Made by a program: the position numbers and the translations under genes | Shown: piece after piece, positions 9,765-19,053 of the stretch | Position numbering within the stretch: position 1 is the stretch's first letter | How the letters are laid out: each line of letters opens with the position of its first letter | IMG/VR virus record: IMGVR_UViG_3300027747_002377 | Span: 18,373-82,372 of that record | Strand: one strand, 5' to 3' | Source: a virus | DNA length: 64,000 nt | Notes under the pieces: model-generated | What the model was told of the DNA's origin: nothing | Databases searched by the model: none | The model's input: only the letters and a program-made list of their open reading frames with translations

Positions 9765-11468
9765 ATGCAATTCTCCCTCCCTTCCAACCTCAAAGAACAA
9801 CTTATTGCTTACGATCCAAAGTTAAAAGCTTTGGCTAAGGCTACCGCTACTACTACAAGCAAACCCAAGAAACAACGCACTCATCTTGGCTTGCCTGATG
9901 ATATTATCCCTGCACACATTGTCACACCTAATGATTTACTTGCAGCAGTAACTGCTATTAACCAAGAAGAAGTTCCATATCGCTATCATACCTTTAGTCG
10001 TGTTACATATGATAAAGATATGGTAGCCACAACAAAACTTAAAGCTGTTGTGTACCACTACGAATCCTTGTGGATTGCAGCATGGTTACCTAATTCAGGT
10101 GAAGATTATATCTATGGGTTTACTTATGCATTCAAGAATACAGAAACTGTACGTAAACAGGTATACATTAGGAGCATAGATATAAAAGATACTACTATTA
10201 AAAAGTATGGACGCATAGAGTTCAATGTCTATACAAAGTTTGTAACAGCAGAAGATGTATCTAATGGATGTCAATCACACTATTGGGAGCATGGTAACTT
10301 CAAAGGATACAATGCAAAAGGCAAAGAGATAAGGCCACATGTAATACAACCATTTCGAGAAGCTATTGTAAATTCAATACCTAACTACACCGATGGTAAT
10401 GTATGGGACAGAATAGATACAGCTAAAAATAATTACTATGAACTATTGGAATTACGTTATGCAACAATACCAAAGAATCAAAACATTGTGCCTAGCTTTG
10501 AATTGTATATGGAAATACTAGGGGCACGGTATACCGAAGATTCAAGTAAATCATTTGCTGTTATGCAGGAAAAACTTAGCAAGCCATGGTTTAAACGTTA
10601 CATCAATGAGCAGTGTCAATTAATTATTAATACGTTCAACGATCCAGCTACTAAAACTAAGAAAGAAATTAGCTCGATACATAAAAGACTTATGCATACT
10701 CTAGGTTGGATTCTAGATATTCTTGATATATATCCTGATTGTCCTATGGATTATTTGCAGACTGGTATACAAACTAATATGTTTTTATCTGTCGGCCGTA
10801 TCTATGCAATGCATTATTACGGAAATGATTCGTCGTTAAAGGAATGGCTAACAGCTAATCTGCCAATAGCATCATTGTTTAATATGCTAAACAAGTTTAT
10901 AGAAGATGAAAAGCCAAGTAATACGTATAAAGACAGACAATTAGACTGTTATATGATTACATTCTATTCATTTAGAGATACAATGGACATGATTGTTAAT
11001 GTATTAACTGCAGGCAAAGAACTTACTCCACCTAGGCGTTGGCGTTATACTGAGTTTCATGATCACGTGCAAGCAGAAGCCTGGAAGATAAATAACCTAA
11101 ACCAAAAACTACCACAGGATTTATTTCCTGCTCCTGTCAAAGTAAAACTTGATGATGAGACTTGGACATTTATTCAACCCATAGATACCCATCAGCTTGC
11201 GCAATGGGGACAAGCAGTACGTAACTGTGTGGGTGCATCATCAGCATATGCTAATGCTGTGAAAGCTAAGAAACAATTCATTGTTTTATGTATGATTGAC
11301 AACAAGCCTGTATTCACAATACAACTTAAGGTATCTAACGGGACCATGCATGTAGAGCAGATTGCAGGACCAAGTAACAAATCATTAACATCTATAGAAC
11401 GTGAGAAATATCAAGGTATATTCCAAGAAGCTTTACGGATCCGTGAGTCTGAATTGTGTTCTGCATAA
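9765..11468 (+). CDS. PcfJ-like domain protein
   Basis: C-terminal HDHV...QPIDTHQLAQWGQAVRNCVG...FTIQL...QIAGPSN. Confidence 0.7.
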   Translation: MQFSLPSNLKEQLIAYDPKLKALAKATATTTSKPKKQRTHLGLPDDIIPAHIVTPNDLLAAVTAINQEEVPYRYHTFSRVTYDKDMVATTKLKAVVYHYESLWIAAWLPNSGEDYIYGFTYAFKNTETVRKQVYIRSIDIKDTTIKKYGRIEFNVYTKFVTAEDVSNGCQSHYWEHGNFKGYNAKGKEIRPHVIQPFREAIVNSIPNYTDGNVWDRIDTAKNNYYELLELRYATIPKNQNIVPSFELYMEILGARYTEDSSKSFAVMQEKLSKPWFKRYINEQCQLIINTFNDPATKTKKEISSIHKRLMHTLGWILDILDIYPDCPMDYLQTGIQTNMFLSVGRIYAMHYYGNDSSLKEWLTANLPIASLFNMLNKFIEDEKPSNTYKDRQLDCYMITFYSFRDTMDMIVNVLTAGKELTPPRRWRYTEFHDHVQAEAWKINNLNQKLPQDLFPAPVKVKLDDETWTFIQPIDTHQLAQWGQAVRNCVGASSAYANAVKAKKQFIVLCMIDNKPVFTIQLKVSNGTMHVEQIAGPSNKSLTSIEREKYQGIFQEALRIRESELCSA

Positions 11469-11550
11469 CTACGTTTTAAACAACTAACGTAAAGCCGGTC
11501 CTAGGTCAAGACCTTAAACTGACCTTTCCTTTGTACCTTCTACACACACC

Positions 11551-11748
11551 ATGAACCCAATAGAAATTCACAACACAACAGAAGCCATGATCCGCTTTGG
11601 TGGTGGCTTCGTCAAAACATTTGCTACTACCGTCAGAGTAGCTGACACCAACAACAGAACCCGTCTCTTCCAGGCTTTCCCAGAACTCCTGGAGAAGTAC
11701 GGTCCCAAAAGCAACTTCTACTCCTCCGTCACCTCCACAGAACAATGA
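11551..11748 (+). CDS. conserved phage hypothetical protein
   Basis: FGGGFVK...AD..NR.RL.QAFPEL..KY motif. Confidence 0.7.
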   Translation: MNPIEIHNTTEAMIRFGGGFVKTFATTVRVADTNNRTRLFQAFPELLEKYGPKSNFYSSVTSTEQ

Positions 11749-12068
11749 GGCAAACTGAAATTCACTTCGAAGAATCCAAGTGGAAGTTGCGTGACGGCAG
11801 CACCCACGTCTACAAAATGCCTTCAAGCAGAAGGCTTGAACTAATCATCAAAGCTTTAAAAGATATTGTCGCCACAGAGAACAAAGTTGACTACATGTAC
11901 AGAGAGCTACCTTTCTGGGCTGACGAAAAAATTGAAGAGGCTATTGAAACCCTAGAGTTCATCACTGAGTACGACCCCACAGACGAAATCTGTGATGGGG
12001 AACCACCAATCACTGCAGCTGAAATGGCATCTGCTTCCTGGAAACAACACCTCGAATTTCATTCCTGA
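11745..12068 (+). CDS. early hypothetical protein
   Basis: 107 aa; GEPPITAAEM motif. Confidence 0.65.
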   Translation: MRQTEIHFEESKWKLRDGSTHVYKMPSSRRLELIIKALKDIVATENKVDYMYRELPFWADEKIEEAIETLEFITEYDPTDEICDGEPPITAAEMASASWKQHLEFHS

Positions 12069-12165
12069 TCCACTTATGACAACTGTGGACGAGCAAAGAA
12101 AGCTGCAGTACACTGCTCATGACCTGAGCATCCACGCTCAATCACCCTCATCCTCTGCACCTACC

Positions 12166-12351
12166 ATGGAAAAACGAATCCTCTCACTCACTCCAAAAGA
12201 AGCTGAAGTTGTTATCAAATATTTAGTGATTGCCATTGATGAAATGTTGGGCGATCTAAACATGGGAGAAACTTCAAACACTTCTTCCCTTCTCATCAAT
12301 GATGAAGTTGACCTACTAAACGAAATAGTAAATCAAATCAAAGGTAATTGA
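12166..12351 (+). CDS. early hypothetical protein
   Basis: ORF 11992..12351, probable start 12166. Confidence 0.55.
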   Translation: MEKRILSLTPKEAEVVIKYLVIAIDEMLGDLNMGETSNTSSLLINDEVDLLNEIVNQIKGN

Positions 12352-12371
12352 GAACCATTTGCAATAAGCTA

Positions 12372-12527
12372 ATGCAATCCGACAGCAAGCAAAGGTTTCT
12401 TACAATTGCCGTCTGCCTAGATGGTGAATGGAAAGAAACCGTTTACCGTACAGATGACCCCAGCTGGAGGGAAGCCTTTCAAATCTTAAAAGAATCTAAG
12501 AACAAACTTAAACTTGTTTACCACTGA
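12372..12527 (+). CDS. small hypothetical protein (51 aa, not in ORF track)
   Basis: Manual translation MQSDSKQRFLTIAVCLDGEWKETVYRTDDPSW... Confidence 0.55.
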   Translation: MQSDSKQRFLTIAVCLDGEWKETVYRTDDPSWREAFQILKESKNKLKLVYH

Positions 12528-12537
12528 ATCAACTCAA

Positions 12538-12753
12538 ATGAACCTTCCCATTCCACCAATCAATCCATTTCCTCCAGTCAATCCTATAAACAACTTCACA
12601 AACCTAGACATCAACACACCCCAGGGACACTGGGGTGGACATGTACTCAAGGTCGGCATCATGACCTTAACCCACTTAATTGGACCACAAAACAAGCAAA
12701 TCAATGTCCGCTCCATGGACATCGGAATTACAAAGCAGATAGATCTTTATTGA
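12538..12753 (+). CDS. early hypothetical protein
   Basis: Pro-rich N-terminus. Confidence 0.5.
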   Translation: MNLPIPPINPFPPVNPINNFTNLDINTPQGHWGGHVLKVGIMTLTHLIGPQNKQINVRSMDIGITKQIDLY

Positions 12754-13071
12754 ATGAAAAACACGCCACAGTTCTTTCTGTACCGGAACAACTCCAAGGA
12801 ATTTATTCAAAACATCATGAACAACATCGAATTTCCTTCCAATAACGACGCCAAGGATCTAAGCCAGCGGGACAGCTACAGCCTCCAGCAGCTGCAAGCC
12901 ATGCAAGTAGTGGCACGCATGAAAGAAGCTGCAGACAAGGTAGGTGCTGGATTTGTTGGAGGTTTTGTCACACCAACTGGAGAACGCTTCCTTATGTCCA
13001 ACATGGATAGCGACAGCAGCCAGCTCAAAGCAATCAATGCCAAACTAAACGAACTGCAGAACAGGGATTAA
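12754..13071 (+). CDS. early hypothetical protein
   Basis: 105 aa; GAGFVGGFVTPTGERF. Confidence 0.65.
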   Translation: MKNTPQFFLYRNNSKEFIQNIMNNIEFPSNNDAKDLSQRDSYSLQQLQAMQVVARMKEAADKVGAGFVGGFVTPTGERFLMSNMDSDSSQLKAINAKLNELQNRD

Positions 13072-13104
13072 AGCTGATACAATTTTAGTAATTGCTATCG
13101 CTTC

Positions 13105-13338
13105 ATGGATTACCTCAGTAAGATCAACACGATCATCAGTACCATTGAGGAACTACAAGAGAACCCTGAGTTCTTGAGTAAACTCACAAGTGAATCGGAG
13201 ATCTCCCTTGATGAGGCCCTGGAGCTGTTCTGTTCAATCGAAGACATGGTAACTCCAACACCAGAAAAAGAAATAGATGATCCAATCAGGTGGCGTTTTG
13301 AACAAGACAAAGAAAACGAAATTGATTCTGCAAATTAA
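13105..13338 (+). CDS. early hypothetical acidic protein
   Basis: 77 aa ORF. Confidence 0.6.
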   Translation: MDYLSKINTIISTIEELQENPEFLSKLTSESEISLDEALELFCSIEDMVTPTPEKEIDDPIRWRFEQDKENEIDSAN

Positions 13339-13390
13339 AGCACCTTTAATCGGAAATTAACCGATCATCCTTTTTACACGAGACAAAGTA

Positions 13391-13570
13391 ATGCTTACTG
13401 GACTTGCTTCTTTATGCGGATTTGTTGGGACCACCTACTTGTGTGGTCCCATTGGGATAAATCCATTTATCTACAATCCTGCTTATTTCCAACAACAAAT
13501 TTATCAACCAACTTTTCCCTGTTACAACTATGTAAAGAAACCATTAAATCTAACTACGGAAGAGCGTTAA
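13391..13570 (+). CDS. small hypothetical protein (59 aa)
   Basis: Manual translation MLTGLASLCGFVGTTYLCGP... Confidence 0.35.
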   Translation: MLTGLASLCGFVGTTYLCGPIGINPFIYNPAYFQQQIYQPTFPCYNYVKKPLNLTTEER

Positions 13571-14297
13571 CGCTCATACTGTTAACATAATCTTGCAGTA
13601 GATCATTGGCTTTTTGTTTTGCATATTCTTCTTTTGCTGCTTCATTTTGGCTTTGCGTAACAGCATTGTTGTAAGCAGGCATAAGCTGCTCATTGTATAC
13701 GCGTTGTTGAATTAAACTTTGAGGAGTCTGAGAACGTGTTGTATTTGTATCTACGCCTAAATTAAAACCGTACTCTTGAGTCCCAGGTTTGCCTATTCCT
13801 AATTGAGAATCAACTTGGTGTCGTCTAAATTTTTCAAGAGCATCCGGATTGTTTTGAAAAAATTCACGCATAGCTGGATCACTCACCGATGCTAACGCTT
13901 CTTCTGAACTTACTTTTGGAGTATGAGACTTACCAAAACTAAGCATTACGCCGTAATCATTACTTCCTGGTACACCGCCAGGGTGATAAAAACCTTCTAA
14001 CGCAGCACGGTAGCCGCTCTGATGGTCACCAACTGGAATTTTTATGCTCCCACTAACTGCATTAGAACCTGGTGTGTAATTTGCTTGTATGTCAGTACCG
14101 TACTGATTAACGTACCCTCCTTTTATTTTTAAATTTTGATCAGTTCTATATGCAGGCATCGGCCTTAAAGGCCTATCAATTGGCTGTGCACCAGGGTAAC
14201 CTATTTGCGTGCTCGGCCCAGCCCCAAAGGGGCTTACTCCTCCCATCTGGGCACCTGCTTGGGACGTAATGGGAGTAAAGAAAGATGAATCTGGCAT
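13554..14297 (-). CDS. hypothetical Gly/Gln/Pro-rich protein (LLxxYV motif)
   Basis: 247 aa lone minus-strand gene; TAGAAT upstream. Confidence 0.7.
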   Translation of the reverse strand: MPDSSFFTPITSQAGAQMGGVSPFGAGPSTQIGYPGAQPIDRPLRPMPAYRTDQNLKIKGGYVNQYGTDIQANYTPGSNAVSGSIKIPVGDHQSGYRAALEGFYHPGGVPGSNDYGVMLSFGKSHTPKVSSEEALASVSDPAMREFFQNNPDALEKFRRHQVDSQLGIGKPGTQEYGFNLGVDTNTTRSQTPQSLIQQRVYNEQLMPAYNNAVTQSQNEAAKEEYAKQKANDLLQDYVNSMSVNALP

Positions 14298-14351
14298 TTT
14301 AAATATTTTTACTTATTCTATCAAACTCCAACTTCAACTGGTTTACTTCTG

Positions 14352-14639
14352 ATGTACAGAACCAAAGCTCAGCACTTCTACAAGTCTCAAGATCCTGACT
14401 ACATCCACAGCAATCATGAAGGAGTGCGCAAGTTCTGGAAGATCTATCGAAAGATCAAGATGGTCATCAAAACACTGTATGATATCAGTTCAGTTCTTGT
14501 TATCATTATGAGCTTTGATAAGGTCTATAAGTATAAAAGTTGGAAGGTAATTAAAACCTGGCAAGTTGCTCAACTCATAGAAAGATTCCCGCGAATGCTC
14601 AATAATTTTAAACATAACTTCATGCCTGCCTTCCATTGA
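14352..14639 (+). CDS. hypothetical basic protein
   Basis: 95 aa ORF. Confidence 0.4.
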   Translation: MYRTKAQHFYKSQDPDYIHSNHEGVRKFWKIYRKIKMVIKTLYDISSVLVIIMSFDKVYKYKSWKVIKTWQVAQLIERFPRMLNNFKHNFMPAFH

Positions 14640-14815
14640 ATCTTTTAATGTAACACAAGCTACAATTTAACCTGCTCTTAACACCATAGCAGATGCAGGC
14701 AGGTATCCTGGATGAGCTAACTTCTCAGTGGTACCAATGGTTTCTACTCGCGCAACCTCGTGCAAAAGCATAGATTCATGCCTCGCATAATGAGATACCG
14801 GAGAGTAAATAAATC

Positions 14816-15013
14816 ATGGAATCCACCAGCGAACCAGACCCTGCCAGCAAATCAAATCCATTCACTTCTCACCTTGTCTGGGCCATCATGACAAAGACAG
14901 CCACAGGCAAGAGTGAGGTTATCAGAATCGTCCGCAACCACGAGGAAGCCGACCAAGCCGTTCAAGATAACCCATCCATGTTCTACAAGTCAGGCCCCAT
15001 TCTGCTAGCCTAA
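14816..15013 (+). CDS. hypothetical protein
   Basis: 65 aa ORF. Confidence 0.6.
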   Translation: MESTSEPDPASKSNPFTSHLVWAIMTKTATGKSEVIRIVRNHEEADQAVQDNPSMFYKSGPILLA

Positions 15014-15037
15014 TTCAGCATCAAAGTTCCCTATTTC

Positions 15038-15247
15038 ATGAAGATGCCAGTTCTTGGTTACACCGTGTTGATGCACCACCAGGGAGTGGGGACATTTGCT
15101 CCTCACTTCCCTTCCATAGATGAAGCGGAGGAGTTCAGCAACGCCATGAGGATCCTCACTGATGGCACTGCAATAAGTGAACCCATCCCAGTCGTAGCCA
15201 GTAAGAATTACATCGTCAACTTCGACGAAGCATCAGCAGTAACTTAA
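15038..15247 (+). CDS. hypothetical protein
   Basis: 69 aa ORF. Confidence 0.6.
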   Translation: MKMPVLGYTVLMHHQGVGTFAPHFPSIDEAEEFSNAMRILTDGTAISEPIPVVASKNYIVNFDEASAVT

Positions 15248-15273
15248 GAACCTAACTAAACATGATTACCAGG

Positions 15274-15306
15274 GTTGTGCTATCGTTTAGGTAGCACAAC
15301 TTTTTT
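15274..15306 (+). promoter_or_regulatory. inverted repeat overlapping an extended -10 box (operator and/or terminator)
   Basis: GTTGTGCTA-N9-TAGCACAAC followed by TTTTTT; TGcTATCGT inside. Confidence 0.55.
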
Positions 15307-15310
15307 ATAC

Positions 15311-15562
15311 ATGGCAATAGTAGTCAGTGTTTCAGTCCCCGACGCCCTACACCAACGGTGGAAAGAATCAGAGCTAGATCTGAGTCCCTCCTCCCTATTT
15401 CAAACAGCGTTAGAAACTGAACTCAACAAAACAAATCAACACCTTGTCTACTGGAGCAACCGTGCTCTACAAGCAGAGAAAAAGCTTAAGACAATCTTAA
15501 ATCTAATCAATGCATCAGACAAGGAAGTTAAGAAGTTCTTAATCTTTGATGATATGAAGTGA
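15311..15562 (+). CDS. ribbon-helix-helix protein (CcdA-like)
   Basis: VVSVSVPDALHQRWK...LSPSSLFQTALETEL. Confidence 0.55.
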   Translation: MAIVVSVSVPDALHQRWKESELDLSPSSLFQTALETELNKTNQHLVYWSNRALQAEKKLKTILNLINASDKEVKKFLIFDDMK

Positions 15563-15632
15563 CCTTCACAAAGCAATCTCTTGACCTGGCTTGAATAAAG
15601 TATAAAATTGTACTGCACCAACAACACCAACC

Positions 15633-15938
15633 ATGATTAAAGAAATTGACCTTGACTTCGACACAGTAGACCTTGAGTTCGATCCTCCCCACAAGGAGGA
15701 AAGCACGGAACCACCAGCTGAAGTGATCATAACGCCAGAAGTAAAACATTCACACTTACTTACATTCAATGAAGAACAATTAGATGCAATGAATGATACG
15801 CTCCCTTTATTTAAAGAACTGGGAGTAATTTCTGAAGATGTAGATCTTGATCAATTTATAGATGAATGCTTTGTTCGTGGCCTCAATGAACTCTTTTTTG
15901 AAAGTATGTCCAAACTAAACGCATCTAGTGAATCTTAA
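15633..15938 (+). CDS. acidic hypothetical protein
   Basis: 101 aa, D/E-rich. Confidence 0.6.
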   Translation: MIKEIDLDFDTVDLEFDPPHKEESTEPPAEVIITPEVKHSHLLTFNEEQLDAMNDTLPLFKELGVISEDVDLDQFIDECFVRGLNELFFESMSKLNASSES

Positions 15939-16226
15939 GACAATATAAAAATTAATAAAAAGTGAAGATTTTATTCGCACTTCCTTCCCTTATGTCACGC
16001 CCACCGCCAGGTAGAATATATAGTATATAAGTAACTATATAAAGTATATATAAACCATAGACAAAGTATAAATAAAAGGGGCCGGGCACTGTACCGGCAT
16101 TTTTATTGGCAAAAAAAGAGCCAGTCCCCCTCGGAACCAGCTCCTGAATCCTTTGCACACTTGTCATCCTACTCCAAAACCTCTATAGTGTGCAAGTCCA
16201 TCGGACCTAACCTTTGCAACCCTCCT

Positions 16227-16673
16227 ATGAACTCCTTCTCTTTTCAGAACATTCAGTCTCTTGAGATCACTGCAGCCGATCAGCCGTCCCTGAACGTAGC
16301 AGACGATCAGTTGGTCCTCACAGCTACCCGTAACGGTAGCCGCATCATGATCACCGCTCCTCTTAGCCACATCATCCCTACTCCAGTACAGACAACTGTC
16401 AAGTCAAACTTAAAGGCTTCACGGAAGGTTAGCTCATTAAAAGGTAAAATCCTTGATCCTTCTGATGAGCGCGTAGGAGAAAAGAATGGTAATGCAAAAC
16501 TTAATGTTGGCCAGGTAAAAGTAATCAAAACAAAGCTTAAATGTGACAAATTTATGGGTGATTACAAATCAAGGACCGCAGCACACAGGGTACTTGCCGG
16601 TTGGTACGAAGTAGATACGAGCTGCATTTATCAGATCGATAACAACCTTACCTGGAAGCACGTAACGATCTGA
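16227..16673 (+). CDS. HTH protein (HNH-associated C-terminal DNA-binding module)
   Basis: GEKNGNAKLN..QV..IK...LA..YEV...IYQI..NLTWKHV; no nuclease motif. Confidence 0.6.
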   Translation: MNSFSFQNIQSLEITAADQPSLNVADDQLVLTATRNGSRIMITAPLSHIIPTPVQTTVKSNLKASRKVSSLKGKILDPSDERVGEKNGNAKLNVGQVKVIKTKLKCDKFMGDYKSRTAAHRVLAGWYEVDTSCIYQIDNNLTWKHVTI

Positions 16674-16861
16674 TGGTTAAATTTTTTAACGTCACGGTTG
16701 CTTTTGGTGATGGATGCCCCATCCGCACCGTAGTAATGGCTCAAACTGCTTTTGAAGCACACGAGAAAGCACTCAAGCGTTACCCTGGATCCATCAGAGC
16801 CTTGGTTAAAGGGGTAACAACAGAACCAGATCCTACGAACTCACTTTGTTTTGCACCATGA
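16673..16861 (+). CDS. hypothetical protein
   Basis: 62 aa, coupled. Confidence 0.6.
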   Translation: MVKFFNVTVAFGDGCPIRTVVMAQTAFEAHEKALKRYPGSIRALVKGVTTEPDPTNSLCFAP

Positions 16862-17058
16862 TCAACACAACCGTTCACGAAGGTTTGACTGTTCATTACG
16901 ATGATGGAAATGAAAATAAAGAAGTATCTTTAACATTTGAATGGGACGAAGAAACCCATCCACAATACAATTATCTTAATGAAATGACATCGGAACAGTT
17001 GATTGCCATGCTTGTAAAACGCGTAGAAACTGTATTAGATGAAACCAATAATGATTAA
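16858..17058 (+). CDS. hypothetical protein
   Basis: TFEWDEETHPQYNYL motif. Confidence 0.6.
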   Translation: MINTTVHEGLTVHYDDGNENKEVSLTFEWDEETHPQYNYLNEMTSEQLIAMLVKRVETVLDETNND

Positions 17059-17085
17059 AAGTACGTTAACTTTCTGAGGTAAATT

Positions 17086-17273
17086 ATGACAGGAATGACC
17101 CCAAGGTTTAAACCTATCTTTAGGACTGTTTAGAACGAGGTATCAGTCGTGGGTACGCACGTGCCCACAAACACGTAGAAAAACCTTCAGATTCAGACAT
17201 TTTTGAGAACATTCACGACACTGTAATGAGTGAACTGTATGAGTACTTTGATTTTTTAGATTCTGACGATTAA
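17086..17273 (+). pseudogene. frameshifted conserved phage protein (GYxRAHKH family)
   Basis: MTGMTPRFKPIF in one frame, DCLERGISRGYARAHKHVEKP...YEYFDF in the -1 frame; one base missing near 17122. Confidence 0.6.
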
Positions 17274-17281
17274 GTTTTCAA

Positions 17282-17635
17282 ATGAACTGTTCTAAGTGCA
17301 AATCTCGCGCCACAGTTAGGGACACAAAATGCAATCTAGAGGGAGCTAAAACACGGAGGTACCACTGCAACACTTGCAGCAACCGATTCACCACAGCAGA
17401 AGTACCAATCGACTGGTTGGATGAACTAAGGGAGCTTCGGTACATACGTACTCAAATGCAGAAACTTTTAGGAAGTTCAACAGTTTCTGCAACAGTTGAA
17501 GAACCTGTCAATAAAAAAATAAAAACTTGCCAAGAATGTAGCCACTGGTGGAAAGGTGTATGTAACCTTGAAATACCAGAGGCTGGTGATTATTTTGCTA
17601 CCGAGTGCTCTGCTTACGAGGATCCTAATGACTAA
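17282..17635 (+). CDS. zinc-ribbon protein (NrdR-like N-terminus)
   Basis: CSKC...RRYHCNTCSNRFTTAE plus a C-terminal Cys cluster. Confidence 0.65.
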   Translation: MNCSKCKSRATVRDTKCNLEGAKTRRYHCNTCSNRFTTAEVPIDWLDELRELRYIRTQMQKLLGSSTVSATVEEPVNKKIKTCQECSHWWKGVCNLEIPEAGDYFATECSAYEDPND

Positions 17636-17882
17636 ACCAGTTACAACTATCTTGACTATTGCTGTGCACTCACCTAATAGCAATCCTGTTTATGGTGCTG
17701 GTTCTTTACATGTGTCACTAGATGATGAAGCAGGTGGTGCTTATATCACCATCAAAGAACTAAGTGACGGTTCAGAACACGGTGTAGTGCGTATAGATCC
17801 TGACGAGGTTCCAATAGTATTTGAAACTGCTATGAAACTACTTGCTCAAGAAACATTGAACAAAAATGACACTGACAATTAA
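17628..17882 (+). CDS. conserved phage hypothetical protein
   Basis: VSLDDEAGGAYI motif. Confidence 0.65.
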   Translation: MTKPVTTILTIAVHSPNSNPVYGAGSLHVSLDDEAGGAYITIKELSDGSEHGVVRIDPDEVPIVFETAMKLLAQETLNKNDTDN

Positions 17883-18366
17883 TTGTCCCCACTGTGATCA
17901 CAACCACTGCACTACACTAAGAACAGGACTTCACGCTAGTGGAGTACTTATGCGTTCACGTAAGTGCTCCCACTGTAAGCAACACTTTCCTACTTATCAG
18001 TTACCAGGAGAATCCCATCAAACAGTAGGTTATTTGCCTGATCAGTATAAAGTCTCACGAAAAAATTCTCCCCTTACATATGAAGTTGCTAATATAATTC
18101 GAACTCGTGTTGCCAATGGTGAGAACCAAATAGAACTAGCTAATGAGTTAGGCCTACATCGTTCAACTGTTGGTAAAATAGTACGTAATGTTGTATGGAC
18201 TGAAGAAAAAGTTAAACGAAAAGAAGAGGCAAAAACATATAAATTATCCCGTTGCCATGTATCAGAATGCGTTCATTGGGAACGTAAATGCACCATGGGT
18301 TTTACTGAGCTTGATGGCTACGACTGTGCATGTTATGCAAAAAAAAGAAGAGCAATGAATATTTAG
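17866..18366 (+). CDS. zinc-ribbon + HTH protein
   Basis: CPHC...RSRKCSHC; NQIELANELGLHRSTVGKIV; C-terminal Cys cluster. Confidence 0.7.
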   Translation: MTLTINCPHCDHNHCTTLRTGLHASGVLMRSRKCSHCKQHFPTYQLPGESHQTVGYLPDQYKVSRKNSPLTYEVANIIRTRVANGENQIELANELGLHRSTVGKIVRNVVWTEEKVKRKEEAKTYKLSRCHVSECVHWERKCTMGFTELDGYDCACYAKKRRAMNI

Positions 18367-18411
18367 CCTTTATTTAGCTATCGTATTGTTTAACCCCACA
18401 GCAATTTTGAA

Positions 18412-19053
18412 ATGAGTTCCGTTCACTTGGTTTGGTCTACCCCAGGGGCAGAGCAGCTGATCGTGCAGATGGCACGGGTAAGCTCACCTGAAAACGCAGA
18501 CAACATGGAAACAGCCCCAAGGCTATTGAAGTACCTAATCAATCACAAGCACTGGTCACCATTTGAGATGGCTAATATGTGTGTCATGATTAATACTGAA
18601 CGAGATATTGCCGCTCAAATTATTAGGCATAAATCAATTTCATTTCAAGAGTACTCTACACGTTATTCAGAAGCACAAGAAATTAGTTTGCCTACGTTTC
18701 GACGCCAGGATCATAAGAATAGGCAGAACAGCTTTAATGATTTAGAGCCAGAACTTGTCAGTAGTTTTGTTCGTAGGTCTTCTTATTTGCTTAAGGATCT
18801 GCGTGATCTTTACAACGAAATGATTGAAGCAGACGTTGCAAAAGAAACTGCTAGAAGGATCTTGCCTTTGTGTACAAAAACAACAATGTATGCAAATGCA
18901 AGCCTAAGGTCTTGGATTCACTACCTACAGGTCAGGACAGACCTAAGCACCCAGCAAGAACATCGAGGTATTGCAGACATGATCAAGTTGATCTTTGAAG
19001 GGCAGTTCCCAATCATTGCAGAAGCTGCCTTTGGCCCTACTTCTGCTGTATGA
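18412..19053 (+). CDS. thyX: FAD-dependent thymidylate synthase
   Basis: HWSPFE, RHKSISFQEYSTRY ThyX motif, KETARRILP. Confidence 0.95.
   Translation: MSSVHLVWSTPGAEQLIVQMARVSSPENADNMETAPRLLKYLINHKHWSPFEMANMCVMINTERDIAAQIIRHKSISFQEYSTRYSEAQEISLPTFRRQDHKNRQNSFNDLEPELVSSFVRRSSYLLKDLRDLYNEMIEADVAKETARRILPLCTKTTMYANASLRSWIHYLQVRTDLSTQQEHRGIADMIKLIFEGQFPIIAEAAFGPTSAV

Noticed and set aside
5490-11525. Early-region repeats as a CRISPR-like array
   Set aside because: Copies are separated by whole genes, with irregular spacing and no cas genes
14690-14810. Possible multibranch RNA closed by GGTATC/GATACC
   Set aside because: Stems are only 3-6 bp with no second copy, and a 26-aa ORF (14693..14773) explains the stretch equally well
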